Assembly (NCBI GenBank): GCA_902588745.1
Contig: CACIQI010000001.1
Span: 13,924 to 77,923 of the forward strand
Direction: 5' to 3'
Source: an uncultured Alphaproteobacteria bacterium
GTDB taxonomy: Bacteria; Pseudomonadota; Alphaproteobacteria; HIMB59; GCA-002718135
DNA: 64,000 nucleotides
The translations under genes were made by a program, and so were the position numbers. The notes under the pieces are model-generated. The model did no database searches and was not told the origin of the DNA. It worked only from the letters and a program-made list of their open reading frames with translations. The number at the start of each line of letters is the position of its first letter. The first letter of the stretch is position 1. This document shows positions 1 to 9,714 of the stretch, piece after piece.

Positions 1-974
1 AGATTAGTATTAAAATTATTTTTAGATTTATAGTTAATTAATTTAATTATTTTTTTATTATCTATTCCATATCTAAAATCATGCGCTAGTCTGTCCGGAA
101 CATGTAAAATTAAATCTTCAAAATTTACATTTTTCAAATGATTTTTTTTAAAAATTTTTTTTAAAATTTTTATTATCATATATATCAAATCCATATTAGT
201 TATTTCGCAATTATTACCAATATTGTAACTATGCCCTTCTTCTCCCTTTTGAACAAGTTGCATTAAAATATTTACATGGTCTTCCACAAAAATCCAGTCC
301 CTAATTTGATTACCTTTTCCATATACTGGTATTTGTTTATTTGTAATACAATTTAAAATTACCTTTGGTATTAACTTTTCTTTATGCTGAAATGGGCCGA
401 AGTTATTTGAACAATTGGTAATAATTATTGGCATATTATAAGTTTTATACCAAGAGTAAGCTAAAAGATCGCTTGATGCCTTTGTAGCAGAGTAAGGTGA
501 ACTAGGAAAATATTTATTTTGTTCTGTAAATTTTTTTTCATTTAATTTGAGAAAACCATAAACTTCATCAGTAGAAACATGGATAAATTTGCATTTATGA
601 TTATTAATTATTTTTTTGTTATTCCAAATAATTCTTAGTGACTCAAGTAAGTTATATGTTCCAAAAATATTGGTTTTAATAAATTTAACAGAATTTTTAA
701 TAGAATTATCAACATGGGACTCTGCAGCTAAATGAAAAACAGTATCTGGTTTGAAAATTTTTATTTCTTTAAAAAGTTTATTAAAATTATTTATATTTAG
801 TTTTAAAAACTTATAATTTTTTTTGTTTTTAAGTAATGACTTTTGATAATGTGAGCTATTTGCGTAAGTTAATGAATCTATATTAAGAATATTATATTTT
901 TTATTTCTAATTAACTTTCTAATTAATGAAGATCCTATAAAGCCTAATCCACCAGTAATTAAAATATTTTTCAT
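1..974 (-). CDS. rfbB: dTDP-glucose 4,6-dehydratase (partial; C-terminal end runs off window start)
   Basis: My own translation from ATG at 972-974 gives MKNILITGGLGFIGS, HLAAESHVDNSI, STDEVYG, SPYSATKASSD (YxxxK), NCSNNFGP, IRDWIFVEDH and HDFRYGID, all typical RmlB motifs. It is absent from the ORF track because there is no stop inside the window. Confidence 0.9.
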   Translation of the reverse strand, partial: MKNILITGGLGFIGSSLIRKLIRNKKYNILNIDSLTYANSSHYQKSLLKNKKNYKFLKLNINNFNKLFKEIKIFKPDTVFHLAAESHVDNSIKNSVKFIKTNIFGTYNLLESLRIIWNNKKIINNHKCKFIHVSTDEVYGFLKLNEKKFTEQNKYFPSSPYSATKASSDLLAYSWYKTYNMPIIITNCSNNFGPFQHKEKLIPKVILNCITNKQIPVYGKGNQIRDWIFVEDHVNILMQLVQKGEEGHSYNIGNNCEITNMDLIYMIIKILKKIFKKNHLKNVNFEDLILHVPDRLAHDFRYGIDNKKIIKLINYKSKNNFNTN

Positions 975-980
975 TTAAAT

Positions 981-1853
981 TTAATCTATTCTTATTTTAT
1001 TTAAAAAATTATTCAAAGAATTTTCCCATTCTAAAATATTTAAATTAAAATCTTTTTTAATTTTTTGACAATTTAGTTTAGAGAATAATGGTCTTTTTGC
1101 AGGCAAATTAAGACTAGTAGTATTTACTTTATTTATTTTCAAATCAGTTTGCATTTTTTTTGAAATTACATTTGCAATATCAAACCATGAGCAAAGTCCT
1201 TCATTGGTAAAGTGATATAGCTCAGGTTTATCTATTTTAGTTATATAATTATTATTTATAATGTATGACAACATCATAATGACATCTTCAGCATTTGTAG
1301 GAGATGAAATCTGATCATCAACAACATTCAATTCGTTATTATTTTTAATTTTTGAAATTATAGTTTTGATAAAATTTTTTCCATATTCTGAATACAATCC
1401 ACTAATCCTAAATATAATTGAGTTTGTATTTGAGTTTAATATGATATTTTCAGAATTTGATTTAGTTAGGCCATAATAATTTAATGGATTTTTTTTATCA
1501 GTTTCAGAATAAGGTTTATTAGTTTGTCCATCAAAAACATAATCAGTTGAAAAGTGTACGAATAACTTGTTACTGTGACGAATATACTGAATTATTTTTT
1601 CAATTAATAGTTCATTAATTTTATAAGCCTCATCATTATTTACTTCAGCTTCATCTACCTTTGTAAAAGCAATAAAATTTAAAATTATATCTGAATTTAA
1701 TTTTTCTAATTTATCAAATAAATTGTTATCACTTAAAAAATTAAAACTTCTTAAATTTAAATATTCAAAAATAGTATTTTTAAATACTTTACGATTTTTT
1801 TTAAGGGTTTTACCTAATTGACTTGTTTCTCCTAGTATTAAAACTTTTTTCAT
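981..1853 (-). CDS. rfbD: dTDP-4-dehydrorhamnose reductase
   Basis: 290 aa with the Rossmann start LILGETSQLG, STDYVFDG and YGLTK (YxxxK). It sits in the rfbA-C-D-B run. Confidence 0.85.
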   Translation of the reverse strand: MKKVLILGETSQLGKTLKKNRKVFKNTIFEYLNLRSFNFLSDNNLFDKLEKLNSDIILNFIAFTKVDEAEVNNDEAYKINELLIEKIIQYIRHSNKLFVHFSTDYVFDGQTNKPYSETDKKNPLNYYGLTKSNSENIILNSNTNSIIFRISGLYSEYGKNFIKTIISKIKNNNELNVVDDQISSPTNAEDVIMMLSYIINNNYITKIDKPELYHFTNEGLCSWFDIANVISKKMQTDLKINKVNTTSLNLPAKRPLFSKLNCQKIKKDFNLNILEWENSLNNFLNKIRID

Positions 1854-1857
1854 TAAA

Positions 1858-2409
1858 TTAAAACAATGGTTCTATATCTTTTAAATTACTTAAATTTTTA
1901 TCTTTATCAGAAATAATGATTTTATTTTTCTTTAAAAAATTACTAATTTTTAAATCTTGATCAAAAGGTGAAATACCTGAGTCATGTTTTTTTGAAAAAT
2001 AATTATTCACCTTATATCTTACTTTTGCATATTTGCTTTTTACGTAAAATCCATGAGCATATCCTTCAGGAACAAAAAGTTGTAATTTATTGTCATCTGA
2101 AAGTTCAATTTTTAAAAATTTTTTATAATTTTTACTATTCCTTCTTAAATCAACTACAAAATCAATTATTTTTCCTTCAATAACTTCAACTAATTTTGCT
2201 TGTGGAAAAGGGTTTTTTTGAAAATGAAGACCTCTAAATACATTTTTCTTAGATTTAGAGACATTTTCTTGTACTATCTTAAATGATTTATTTAATAATT
2301 TATTTAATAAATTAATTTTTAAATTCTCATAAAAGTATCCTCTTTTATCCTTAATTATTTGTGGTTTAATTATAATTACATCATAAAATTTAGTTCTCTT
2401 AAACAACAT
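1858..2409 (-). CDS. rfbC: dTDP-4-dehydrorhamnose 3,5-epimerase
   Basis: 183 aa with the RmlC cupin motifs RGYFYE, FRGLHFQ, AKLVEVIEGKIIDFVVDLR and GYAHGF. Confidence 0.9.
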   Translation of the reverse strand: MLFKRTKFYDVIIIKPQIIKDKRGYFYENLKINLLNKLLNKSFKIVQENVSKSKKNVFRGLHFQKNPFPQAKLVEVIEGKIIDFVVDLRRNSKNYKKFLKIELSDDNKLQLFVPEGYAHGFYVKSKYAKVRYKVNNYFSKKHDSGISPFDQDLKISNFLKKNKIIISDKDKNLSNLKDIEPLF

Positions 2410-3277
2410 TGTTAATAATTTTTTTTAAGTATTGAATATAAGAGCTATTCCCTTTTATTTTTTTAATATTTTTTATTAATTTATTAATATTTATAAAGTT
2501 ATTATTAAGTGCAATCTCTTCTAGACAGGCTATTTTTAAACCCTGTCTTTTTTCAATAGTATATATAAACGAAGATGCTTCGTTTAAATTTTCATGAGTA
2601 CCTGTATCAAGCCACGCAAAACCTCTGCTTAGTTTAATAATTTTAATTTTTTTTGTTTTTAAATAATAATTATTTATTGAAGTAATTTCAAATTCGCCTC
2701 TTTTTGATTTTTTAATTTTTTTCGCAATATCTGCTACACCTTTAGGGTAAAAGTATATTCCTGTAATAGCATAATTACCAATATGCTTTTTTGGTTTTTC
2801 AATAATTTTAATTGGAATATTTTTACTATTATATTTTACAACTCCATAAGATGATGGATTTGAAACCTGATACGCAAATAAAGATGCGTACTTGTTTGAA
2901 TTACTAATTGCTAATTTAAGATTTTTAACTAAATCACTCCCATAAAAAATATTATCTCCAAGAATAAGACAAACCGGATCATTTTTGATAAAATTTTTAC
3001 CTAATACTAATGCTTGAGCTATGCCTTCAGGCTTTGGTTGAATCTTGTATTGTATTTTAATACCAAACATAGAGCCATTTTTAAATAAATTTCTAAAATT
3101 TTTGATGTTATCTTTATCTGAGATAATTAATATATCTTTTATTCCTCCTAACATTAATACTGATAGAGGATAATATATCATTGGCTTATCATAAACAGGC
3201 AATAATTGTTTTGAAATTGAAAGAGTCAATGGGTATAATCTCGAACCCTCTCCACCTGCAAGAATTATTCCCTTCAT
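2399..3277 (-). CDS. rfbA: glucose-1-phosphate thymidylyltransferase
   Basis: 292 aa with MKGIILAGGEGSRLYPLT, LGDNIFYG and WLDTGT, typical of RmlA. Confidence 0.92.
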   Translation of the reverse strand: MKGIILAGGEGSRLYPLTLSISKQLLPVYDKPMIYYPLSVLMLGGIKDILIISDKDNIKNFRNLFKNGSMFGIKIQYKIQPKPEGIAQALVLGKNFIKNDPVCLILGDNIFYGSDLVKNLKLAISNSNKYASLFAYQVSNPSSYGVVKYNSKNIPIKIIEKPKKHIGNYAITGIYFYPKGVADIAKKIKKSKRGEFEITSINNYYLKTKKIKIIKLSRGFAWLDTGTHENLNEASSFIYTIEKRQGLKIACLEEIALNNNFININKLIKNIKKIKGNSSYIQYLKKIINNVV

Positions 3278-3278
3278 A

Positions 3279-4454
3279 TTAAATTCTATACAAAGTTAAA
3301 AAATAGAAAAGTATTAAATTATTAATTAACATAAAATAAAAAATTTTGTATTTATCATAATATATCATGGCAAAATTTATAAAAACTGGTAACAAAAAAA
3401 TTAGGTTTTTACCATTTGTATTTAAGGGAAATAATATAAAAAAATAAGATATAACAGTCATAGCTGAGATAAGCATATAAAATGATTTAGTATTTTCTAT
3501 GCTTAAGTTAATTAAATCTTGTCTCAGAAAAGATTTATATAAAATCAAAATAAAAACATAAAAATTTAATAAGTATAAAAGAGGAACTTTGATTTCTTGA
3601 GCAGAAAGAAAAATAAAACTCATTGTTGAATGAATAACTCTTAAAATTAATGGGTATTTTTCCATAGCTATTGTAAAATCATTATCTTTATTTACTCCCG
3701 CCATACCTTCTATAATGAAATTATATTTGAAACTAAAAATATTTGCTTCAAATATATATAAAAAAAAATAATTTTTGAAAATCAGAAGAAATACTATAGA
3801 AAATATTATCAAAAAAATTATTTTTTTTAAATTAAAATAATTATTCAAAAAAGTGACACTTAAATATATAAAATAAAAACTAAAAAGAAATAAAAAACTC
3901 CCAATATCTAATTGGAACAACAGAAGTAATAAAATTGAACATAGATAAAAATTGTTAATTATTAAAAAAAATGAGATTGACAAAATTAAAGAAATTTTTT
4001 CAGGCGAGAAAAGTCCAAGAAAATAAATAAAACTTCCATAGAGAAAAGTCAACAATACTGAATTCGATAGATTTTCTGATGATAATTTTTTTAATATAGA
4101 GATGTTCTCATCAATAAAAAGAATGTATATTAAAAGAAAAGTAGGTAAAGAGAACAAAATAGTTGTAATAAAATTTACCATAAAAATTTTAAAAGGTGGG
4201 TTGCAGAACATTTGATTTACAGATGCCCACAAAGATAATGTACTTGATTGTATACCGCAATTATTTGAAATATTGTAAGTTACAAAAAGTTCAGGATGTA
4301 GATATGAATCAAAATAATGATTTAAAAATTCTAAATAAAAAATTGATTTTAGAGTTAAATCAGGTTCATCACTGTAAGGAAATAAAAATCTAGAGAGTAT
4401 GAAAAAAAATAAAAAAAAAATTATATTATAAAAATAAAAATTAACTCGATTCAT
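3279..4454 (-). CDS. polytopic inner-membrane protein, possible Wzy-type polymerase or O-antigen-ligase-like protein
   Basis: 391 aa that is extremely hydrophobic, with about 10 predicted TM segments judged by eye. It is translationally coupled to the upstream rhamnosyltransferase. No diagnostic motif was recognised. Confidence 0.4.
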   Translation of the reverse strand: MNRVNFYFYNIIFFLFFFILSRFLFPYSDEPDLTLKSIFYLEFLNHYFDSYLHPELFVTYNISNNCGIQSSTLSLWASVNQMFCNPPFKIFMVNFITTILFSLPTFLLIYILFIDENISILKKLSSENLSNSVLLTFLYGSFIYFLGLFSPEKISLILSISFFLIINNFYLCSILLLLLFQLDIGSFLFLFSFYFIYLSVTFLNNYFNLKKIIFLIIFSIVFLLIFKNYFFLYIFEANIFSFKYNFIIEGMAGVNKDNDFTIAMEKYPLILRVIHSTMSFIFLSAQEIKVPLLYLLNFYVFILILYKSFLRQDLINLSIENTKSFYMLISAMTVISYFFILFPLNTNGKNLIFLLPVFINFAMIYYDKYKIFYFMLINNLILFYFLTLYRI

Positions 4455-5346
4455 AAGGTCCCATTTTTTTTAAAATAGAGTGCTTTAATGAATGAATGAA
4501 AGTATAAATGAAGTTTTTATCAAATTTTTCAATTATCATAAAACCAAAGAAATATTTTATTAAATTAATAAAAATATTTATTTTCCATAATAGGGGAATA
4601 TTTTTTGAGTATAACATCAAATAAAATCCATTTCTAAAAATGTAATAATATCTTTTTTTATTGTGTTTAGGATATTTACTTAAAAAACTATTTTTATTTT
4701 CAATACCAAGTTGATGATATATTATATTTGTAGGTATCATAAAAATGTAATATTGATTTTTTTTTGCTCTCCAGCACCATTCATAATCTACCCAATCTAT
4801 AAATAGTTTTTCGTTCATATAACCAATTTTTTCAAATGCATCTAAATTTACAAACAGGCCGGATGATATTGTTTCTGAAACAATTATATCTTTTTTATGA
4901 TTATTATACTTAATTCTTAAAAAACCTTTTCTAATAATTGCTGGATATACCACTTTATTGTTAATATTATGAAATTTAGGAGTAAGTGCAGCTATCTTAT
5001 TAGTTTTACTTAATTCTTTATATTTTGAAATCATTTTGGATGAATATTTATTAGTAAAATTAGTATCTTGGTCAGATAAAATGACAAACTTGTATTTTTT
5101 TTTTCTAATAATTTTTATTCCTACATTCTGTGCTTCGGCAATACCTAAATTTTTATTCATAAATTGATAGTTTATTTTTTTATTATTTATGAAATATTTT
5201 TTATGATTATTTTTAGAATTATCTATAATGAAAATTTCATTAACTTGACTAGATAATGAATTAATACATTGATTAATTTTATTTAGATCTGGTTGATAAA
5301 GAATTATTAGTGAGCAAATAGATTGATAATCACTATTTTTTGACAT
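4441..5346 (-). CDS. family-2 glycosyltransferase, rhamnosyltransferase-like (WbbL/RfbF type)
   Basis: 301 aa with IILYQPD, IIDNS, NLGIAEAQNVGI, SDQD and FIDWVDYEWCWRA, a pattern typical of dTDP-rhamnosyl transferases. It is adjacent to the rfb genes. Confidence 0.7.
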   Translation of the reverse strand: MSKNSDYQSICSLIILYQPDLNKINQCINSLSSQVNEIFIIDNSKNNHKKYFINNKKINYQFMNKNLGIAEAQNVGIKIIRKKKYKFVILSDQDTNFTNKYSSKMISKYKELSKTNKIAALTPKFHNINNKVVYPAIIRKGFLRIKYNNHKKDIIVSETISSGLFVNLDAFEKIGYMNEKLFIDWVDYEWCWRAKKNQYYIFMIPTNIIYHQLGIENKNSFLSKYPKHNKKRYYYIFRNGFYLMLYSKNIPLLWKINIFINLIKYFFGFMIIEKFDKNFIYTFIHSLKHSILKKMGPYESS

Positions 5347-7154
5347 TATTTAATACCGGCAATAATCAGATTATTTTTATCAAAACTGTATTGAATAATA
5401 TTAATTTCACAATACTCAAAAATTTTTCTCAATAATTTTTCACTAAATACGTGATGATGTAGATGTCTATTATTTAAATTATCATAAGATCTAATTTTAA
5501 AATTTTCAAAATTTCCAGCAGGTAGATCTTTTTTCAGATCGTGTTTCTCTAAAATTTCTTTAACATGAAAAAGATCTGACTCTTCAGTATTATTTTTAAA
5601 ATCATTTAGTATATGATCAAATGTCGTATATTCTCTCTTATGATCAAAATTATTTTTTTTATTTGGTAAAATTAAAAAAATACAACCACCTTTTTTCACT
5701 ACCCTTTTCCATTCAAGAACTGCTTTAATAGGGTTTGCAATATGTTCAAGGGTATGACTTGATATAACAAAATCAAATTGATCCTTCTTTAGTTTATTTA
5801 AATTTGTTGCTTCAAGTATAAATTGATTACCAATTTTGTTACCAAAATATCTAAAATTTTTACCATCAATAATTTCACCTTCCCAAAATGTTTGAGTACT
5901 AAAATTTATATTAGTAATTGAATTGACATCTTTATATACTGGAAATAAATTTTGAAAAATCCTACTTGGGCCTCCAATTTCTACTCCACTTTTATTATGA
6001 AAATAATTTTTTACAGAATCATAACTATAACTTTTTATAGTCAAAATATCTTTTATATTCCTAACAGCCTTTCTTAGATAAGAAGGGGAGTATGTAAAAT
6101 ATTCTGAAGTGTTATAGTACGTTCTATTTGTAATAATTTTATTAGTTTTAATATTAAAATTATTTAATACATTTGCATGTGGAGTATTAGCGGGTTGATC
6201 ATCAAAATACAAAGCTTCATTATGATGATTAATTAATTTTGAATATATAAGAGTAGAGCTAAGACATCCAATAACAGAAACTTTTACATTTTTGTTAATA
6301 TAATATTCTGCAGGTATACTATTACTAGCTAAAATAACTTTATTTTTAATCTTCAATTTATTTATTTGATTATTTGTCATATTTGGATGAGGTTTATGTA
6401 TAATAATTTTATTAGGGTATTGTCTTAAATAATTAATTATTAGTTTCTCAACAACAATGTTTTTATTCACTGGTGAATGAAGTTCTTCTAAATATAAAAT
6501 ATAATCTTCTTGTGGAAGATTTTTATTTTCAAATTCAATTTTTACAACTTTATCATTTTTAGTTTTTGTAACTAAATTTTGTAAAGAAAAAAAATAACCA
6601 GAGTCAAAATTGATACGATTAAAGTTACTAGAATGTGAATAATTAATATCATAAATGTGTCCTGCTACAAGTAGTTGTATAAATTGTTTAAATACAGTTA
6701 GATAATGATAGTAATAAATATTTATTATATCAAATATTTTAAAATGAGTATTAGCATAAGTTCTACTGTTAAAATCTTCACCAGCTTTAACATAATTAGA
6801 TATTCCATGGGAAAGTAGAACTTTATTCACTTTTTTTCTAAAAAAATAATTGCTAACAAAATTTACATAAGTTGAAGCATAAAAAAAAATTTCTTTATGA
6901 TTATTATTTGCTACTTCTTTTTTTATAAGATTAAAAAACTTTATTCTAGAATAGAAATTAGTGTCATCCATATATTGAATTTTATCATTGATATTACCTA
7001 ACCATTCAAAATGCTCTTTGTTTTTTTCTCCCATAAAAAATATTTTAATATCTTTATTTGCAAGATATTGATTTACAATAGACTTTGTAATTAAAAGATC
7101 ATGAATATTAAAAAGATAAAATATATGAAATTCTTTTTTTTTAAATTTGTTCAT
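5346..7154 (-). CDS. two-domain protein: unassigned Rossmann-like domain (putative glycosyltransferase) fused to a class I SAM methyltransferase
   Basis: 602 aa. Residues ~1-340 are paralogous to the ORF at 9715-10740 (shared FFAS.Y.NF.SNYFFR, LLSHG.SNY, IIHKPH, IPAE.YI). The C-terminal part has VEIGGPS and DFVISSHTLEHIANP...GGCIFLILP, which are Methyltransf_11-like. Confidence 0.55.
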   Translation of the reverse strand: MNKFKKKEFHIFYLFNIHDLLITKSIVNQYLANKDIKIFFMGEKNKEHFEWLGNINDKIQYMDDTNFYSRIKFFNLIKKEVANNNHKEIFFYASTYVNFVSNYFFRKKVNKVLLSHGISNYVKAGEDFNSRTYANTHFKIFDIINIYYYHYLTVFKQFIQLLVAGHIYDINYSHSSNFNRINFDSGYFFSLQNLVTKTKNDKVVKIEFENKNLPQEDYILYLEELHSPVNKNIVVEKLIINYLRQYPNKIIIHKPHPNMTNNQINKLKIKNKVILASNSIPAEYYINKNVKVSVIGCLSSTLIYSKLINHHNEALYFDDQPANTPHANVLNNFNIKTNKIITNRTYYNTSEYFTYSPSYLRKAVRNIKDILTIKSYSYDSVKNYFHNKSGVEIGGPSRIFQNLFPVYKDVNSITNINFSTQTFWEGEIIDGKNFRYFGNKIGNQFILEATNLNKLKKDQFDFVISSHTLEHIANPIKAVLEWKRVVKKGGCIFLILPNKKNNFDHKREYTTFDHILNDFKNNTEESDLFHVKEILEKHDLKKDLPAGNFENFKIRSYDNLNNRHLHHHVFSEKLLRKIFEYCEINIIQYSFDKNNLIIAGIK

Positions 7155-9009
7155 TTTTTTGAAACCAAAGCTCTAAATTAACTAATTGCCATAAAAACAT
7201 CATATGATTATCTTTTATCTCATTATTTTTAATTATATTTAAATGCTCATTAATAACATAATTTACATTGTTTAAGTTATAAATCCCTCTTTCTTTAAAT
7301 TTTTGAGAATTAACTAAATCCATTAAAAAACTTAAACTTGTTTGCGAAAACCACAAATGAGCAGGCGCATTCCATCCAGTTTTTTTAATTCTTTTTCTTG
7401 TTTCGTCAGGTAAAATATTTTTCATAGATTTCCTTAATAATATTTTAGTAACTCCATTTTTAATTTTAAGTATATTAGGAACTTTAAACATGAACTCAAC
7501 CAATCGATAATCAAAAAAAGGAAGAAAGTTATCAATATTATAATAATTTGCATTCCTTAGTTGTGCTCTAACGCTGCAAGGAACGGTTTCGTAAAATATA
7601 TCTTGGTAGGTTCTATTCTTTAAATAAGAATTATATGGATGTTTCATAAATGGTTGTTTTTTCTCATCAAAAATAGGTTCTAAAATTGTATTTGAATATC
7701 TATATAATCTCTCTTGATCAGCTTTGCATCTACCAGCTGTGTTTGGATCAATATTCTTAGCAATATATTCATTTGCAATTTTCAAACTCTTTTTAAATAT
7801 AGGATGGTCATGATTTTTTACCCAAAAATTTACCTCTTCATTGAATGTATTAAAATTATTTTCTGAATAAAGTAAGTCAGCAAAATAGTAAAAAAAATAT
7901 TCATATTCACCAGCATTCAATTCATCGCCACCCAAGCCTCCAAATAAATTTGAATAACCTAATTTATTAATTTCTCTACACATAATAAAGTTTGATAGCC
8001 AAGTAGCAGTAGCTATTGGTTCGTCATTTGCTTCAATCATTTTATCTAAATCAGCTTGTAAATTTGGTTTTTCTATTTCAATTGCATGCCATTTTGAAAC
8101 AAATTTATCTAGCATTGAAGATATTTCTTCACTTTCATCATATGTTTTATCTTTATAAATAGTTGAAAAGGCTGGCTGTTTATTCCCAGTTGCTTTTACT
8201 GCATTAGCCAGTACTGTTGAAGAATCCATACCTCCTGAGAGTGTAAAGGAGGGTTTCTCAACATCATTTAATCTTATCTTAACTGAGTCGAGTAATAACT
8301 CTTTATATTTTTCAACTAAATCATTTTCATTTTCTTTAAAATTTTCCTGGGTATTTTCTTCAAGTTTCCAATAACTTTCCAAAGTTAAATTTTGAATATT
8401 AATTTTTTTTTCTGAATTAAGACTTAATTTTAAAAATTTTGATGCTGGTATTTGAAATATGTTTTTATAAGGTGAATATTCAGGCTCATTATCAATATAC
8501 CTATAATGATATCCAGCAAATCTTTTTATAAAATTTATATCATAATCACTATCGTGTATAAATTTAGAAATAATTGAAGATCTGGAGGAAAACAAAAAGG
8601 ATCCATTACTTATTGAATAATAGATTGGCCTTAATCCAAATCTATCTCTACATAAAAATAATTTTTTTAATTCACTATCATAAATTGATAAAATAAAATC
8701 CCCATTAAGTTTGCATAGCATTTTAGAAATTCCAATTTCTTTGTAAAGAAAAATTAATAAGTTTCTTTTACTTTGCCTGTATTCATTAGCAATTTGATTA
8801 AGATTATAAATCTTTCCATATACAGAAAGTGTAATTTTATTTTCAAAATTTATGAAGTGATTATTATTATTATAAATTAAATTATAATCTCCATTTTTGA
8901 ATTCATTATAATCATCATATCTGCAGTTTACATTGATTAGTTTTTTTTTAAATAATTGTGTTAATCTCTCTGTATCTTTTATAAACAAGTGGCCTAGTAA
9001 TTCAGACAT
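7141..9009 (-). CDS. asparagine-synthetase-family amidoligase with degenerate glutaminase domain
   Basis: 622 aa with LCRDRFGLRPIYY and an intact PP-loop, FTLSGGMDSST. The N-terminus is MSELLG (no Cys2), and NGE is replaced by YGK. Confidence 0.75.
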   Translation of the reverse strand: MSELLGHLFIKDTERLTQLFKKKLINVNCRYDDYNEFKNGDYNLIYNNNNHFINFENKITLSVYGKIYNLNQIANEYRQSKRNLLIFLYKEIGISKMLCKLNGDFILSIYDSELKKLFLCRDRFGLRPIYYSISNGSFLFSSRSSIISKFIHDSDYDINFIKRFAGYHYRYIDNEPEYSPYKNIFQIPASKFLKLSLNSEKKINIQNLTLESYWKLEENTQENFKENENDLVEKYKELLLDSVKIRLNDVEKPSFTLSGGMDSSTVLANAVKATGNKQPAFSTIYKDKTYDESEEISSMLDKFVSKWHAIEIEKPNLQADLDKMIEANDEPIATATWLSNFIMCREINKLGYSNLFGGLGGDELNAGEYEYFFYYFADLLYSENNFNTFNEEVNFWVKNHDHPIFKKSLKIANEYIAKNIDPNTAGRCKADQERLYRYSNTILEPIFDEKKQPFMKHPYNSYLKNRTYQDIFYETVPCSVRAQLRNANYYNIDNFLPFFDYRLVEFMFKVPNILKIKNGVTKILLRKSMKNILPDETRKRIKKTGWNAPAHLWFSQTSLSFLMDLVNSQKFKERGIYNLNNVNYVINEHLNIIKNNEIKDNHMMFLWQLVNLELWFQKNEQI

Positions 9010-9013
9010 ATAT

Positions 9014-9694
9014 CTATTTAGTTATTTTTAAAAATTTCCAATAATGATCATGATCAATAACATTTTGTGGTTTTCCACCTGTAAATTGATCCTGAATAAA
9101 TTCATATTTACATTTAAAAAGTTTTAGAAATTTTTTTATTTCATTTAAGTTATATGTGTTGATATAAGTTCTAATATCAACATTTTCGTCAAGATAATTA
9201 TCCTTAACATATTTAGATAAACTTTTATTTGAAATTGACTCTCTTAAAATAATTGATTTTCTAGCATATTTTAAAAATATATCCAAAGGCTTATAAATAT
9301 TATCATGATAAGTTAAAACATTGATACAAATAATATGATCAAAATATGAAGATAAATCTTCTAGCCTTCCATTTATTAGTCTTTCTTTCGGAAGTCCAAA
9401 TCGTGGAAGATATTTCTTTCCTATTTTAAGAAGTTTTTTGGAAGCATCTAAACCAAAGTAGTTTTTATGAAGATTTTGGGATTTTAGAGAGTGATATAAA
9501 TAACCTGATCCACAACCGATATCTAAAATGGTATCCCCTTTTTTATAAATTTTACTTAATATGGTTGTGACTTGTTTATGAGCAGTCATTTCAACAACTT
9601 TTTTTAAACATCTTTGCCTATATAATATTTCTAAATTTTTAGTGTTATCCCATGCTGAATTTTCCATCCATCCATCTAATTGTATTTTTTTCAT
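9014..9694 (-). CDS. class I SAM-dependent methyltransferase
   Basis: 226 aa with the motif I ILDIGCGSGYL and a downstream acidic residue pattern. Confidence 0.75.
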   Translation of the reverse strand: MKKIQLDGWMENSAWDNTKNLEILYRQRCLKKVVEMTAHKQVTTILSKIYKKGDTILDIGCGSGYLYHSLKSQNLHKNYFGLDASKKLLKIGKKYLPRFGLPKERLINGRLEDLSSYFDHIICINVLTYHDNIYKPLDIFLKYARKSIILRESISNKSLSKYVKDNYLDENVDIRTYINTYNLNEIKKFLKLFKCKYEFIQDQFTGGKPQNVIDHDHYWKFLKITK

Positions 9695-9714
9695 AAAATT
9701 TTTAAACTCATTTA

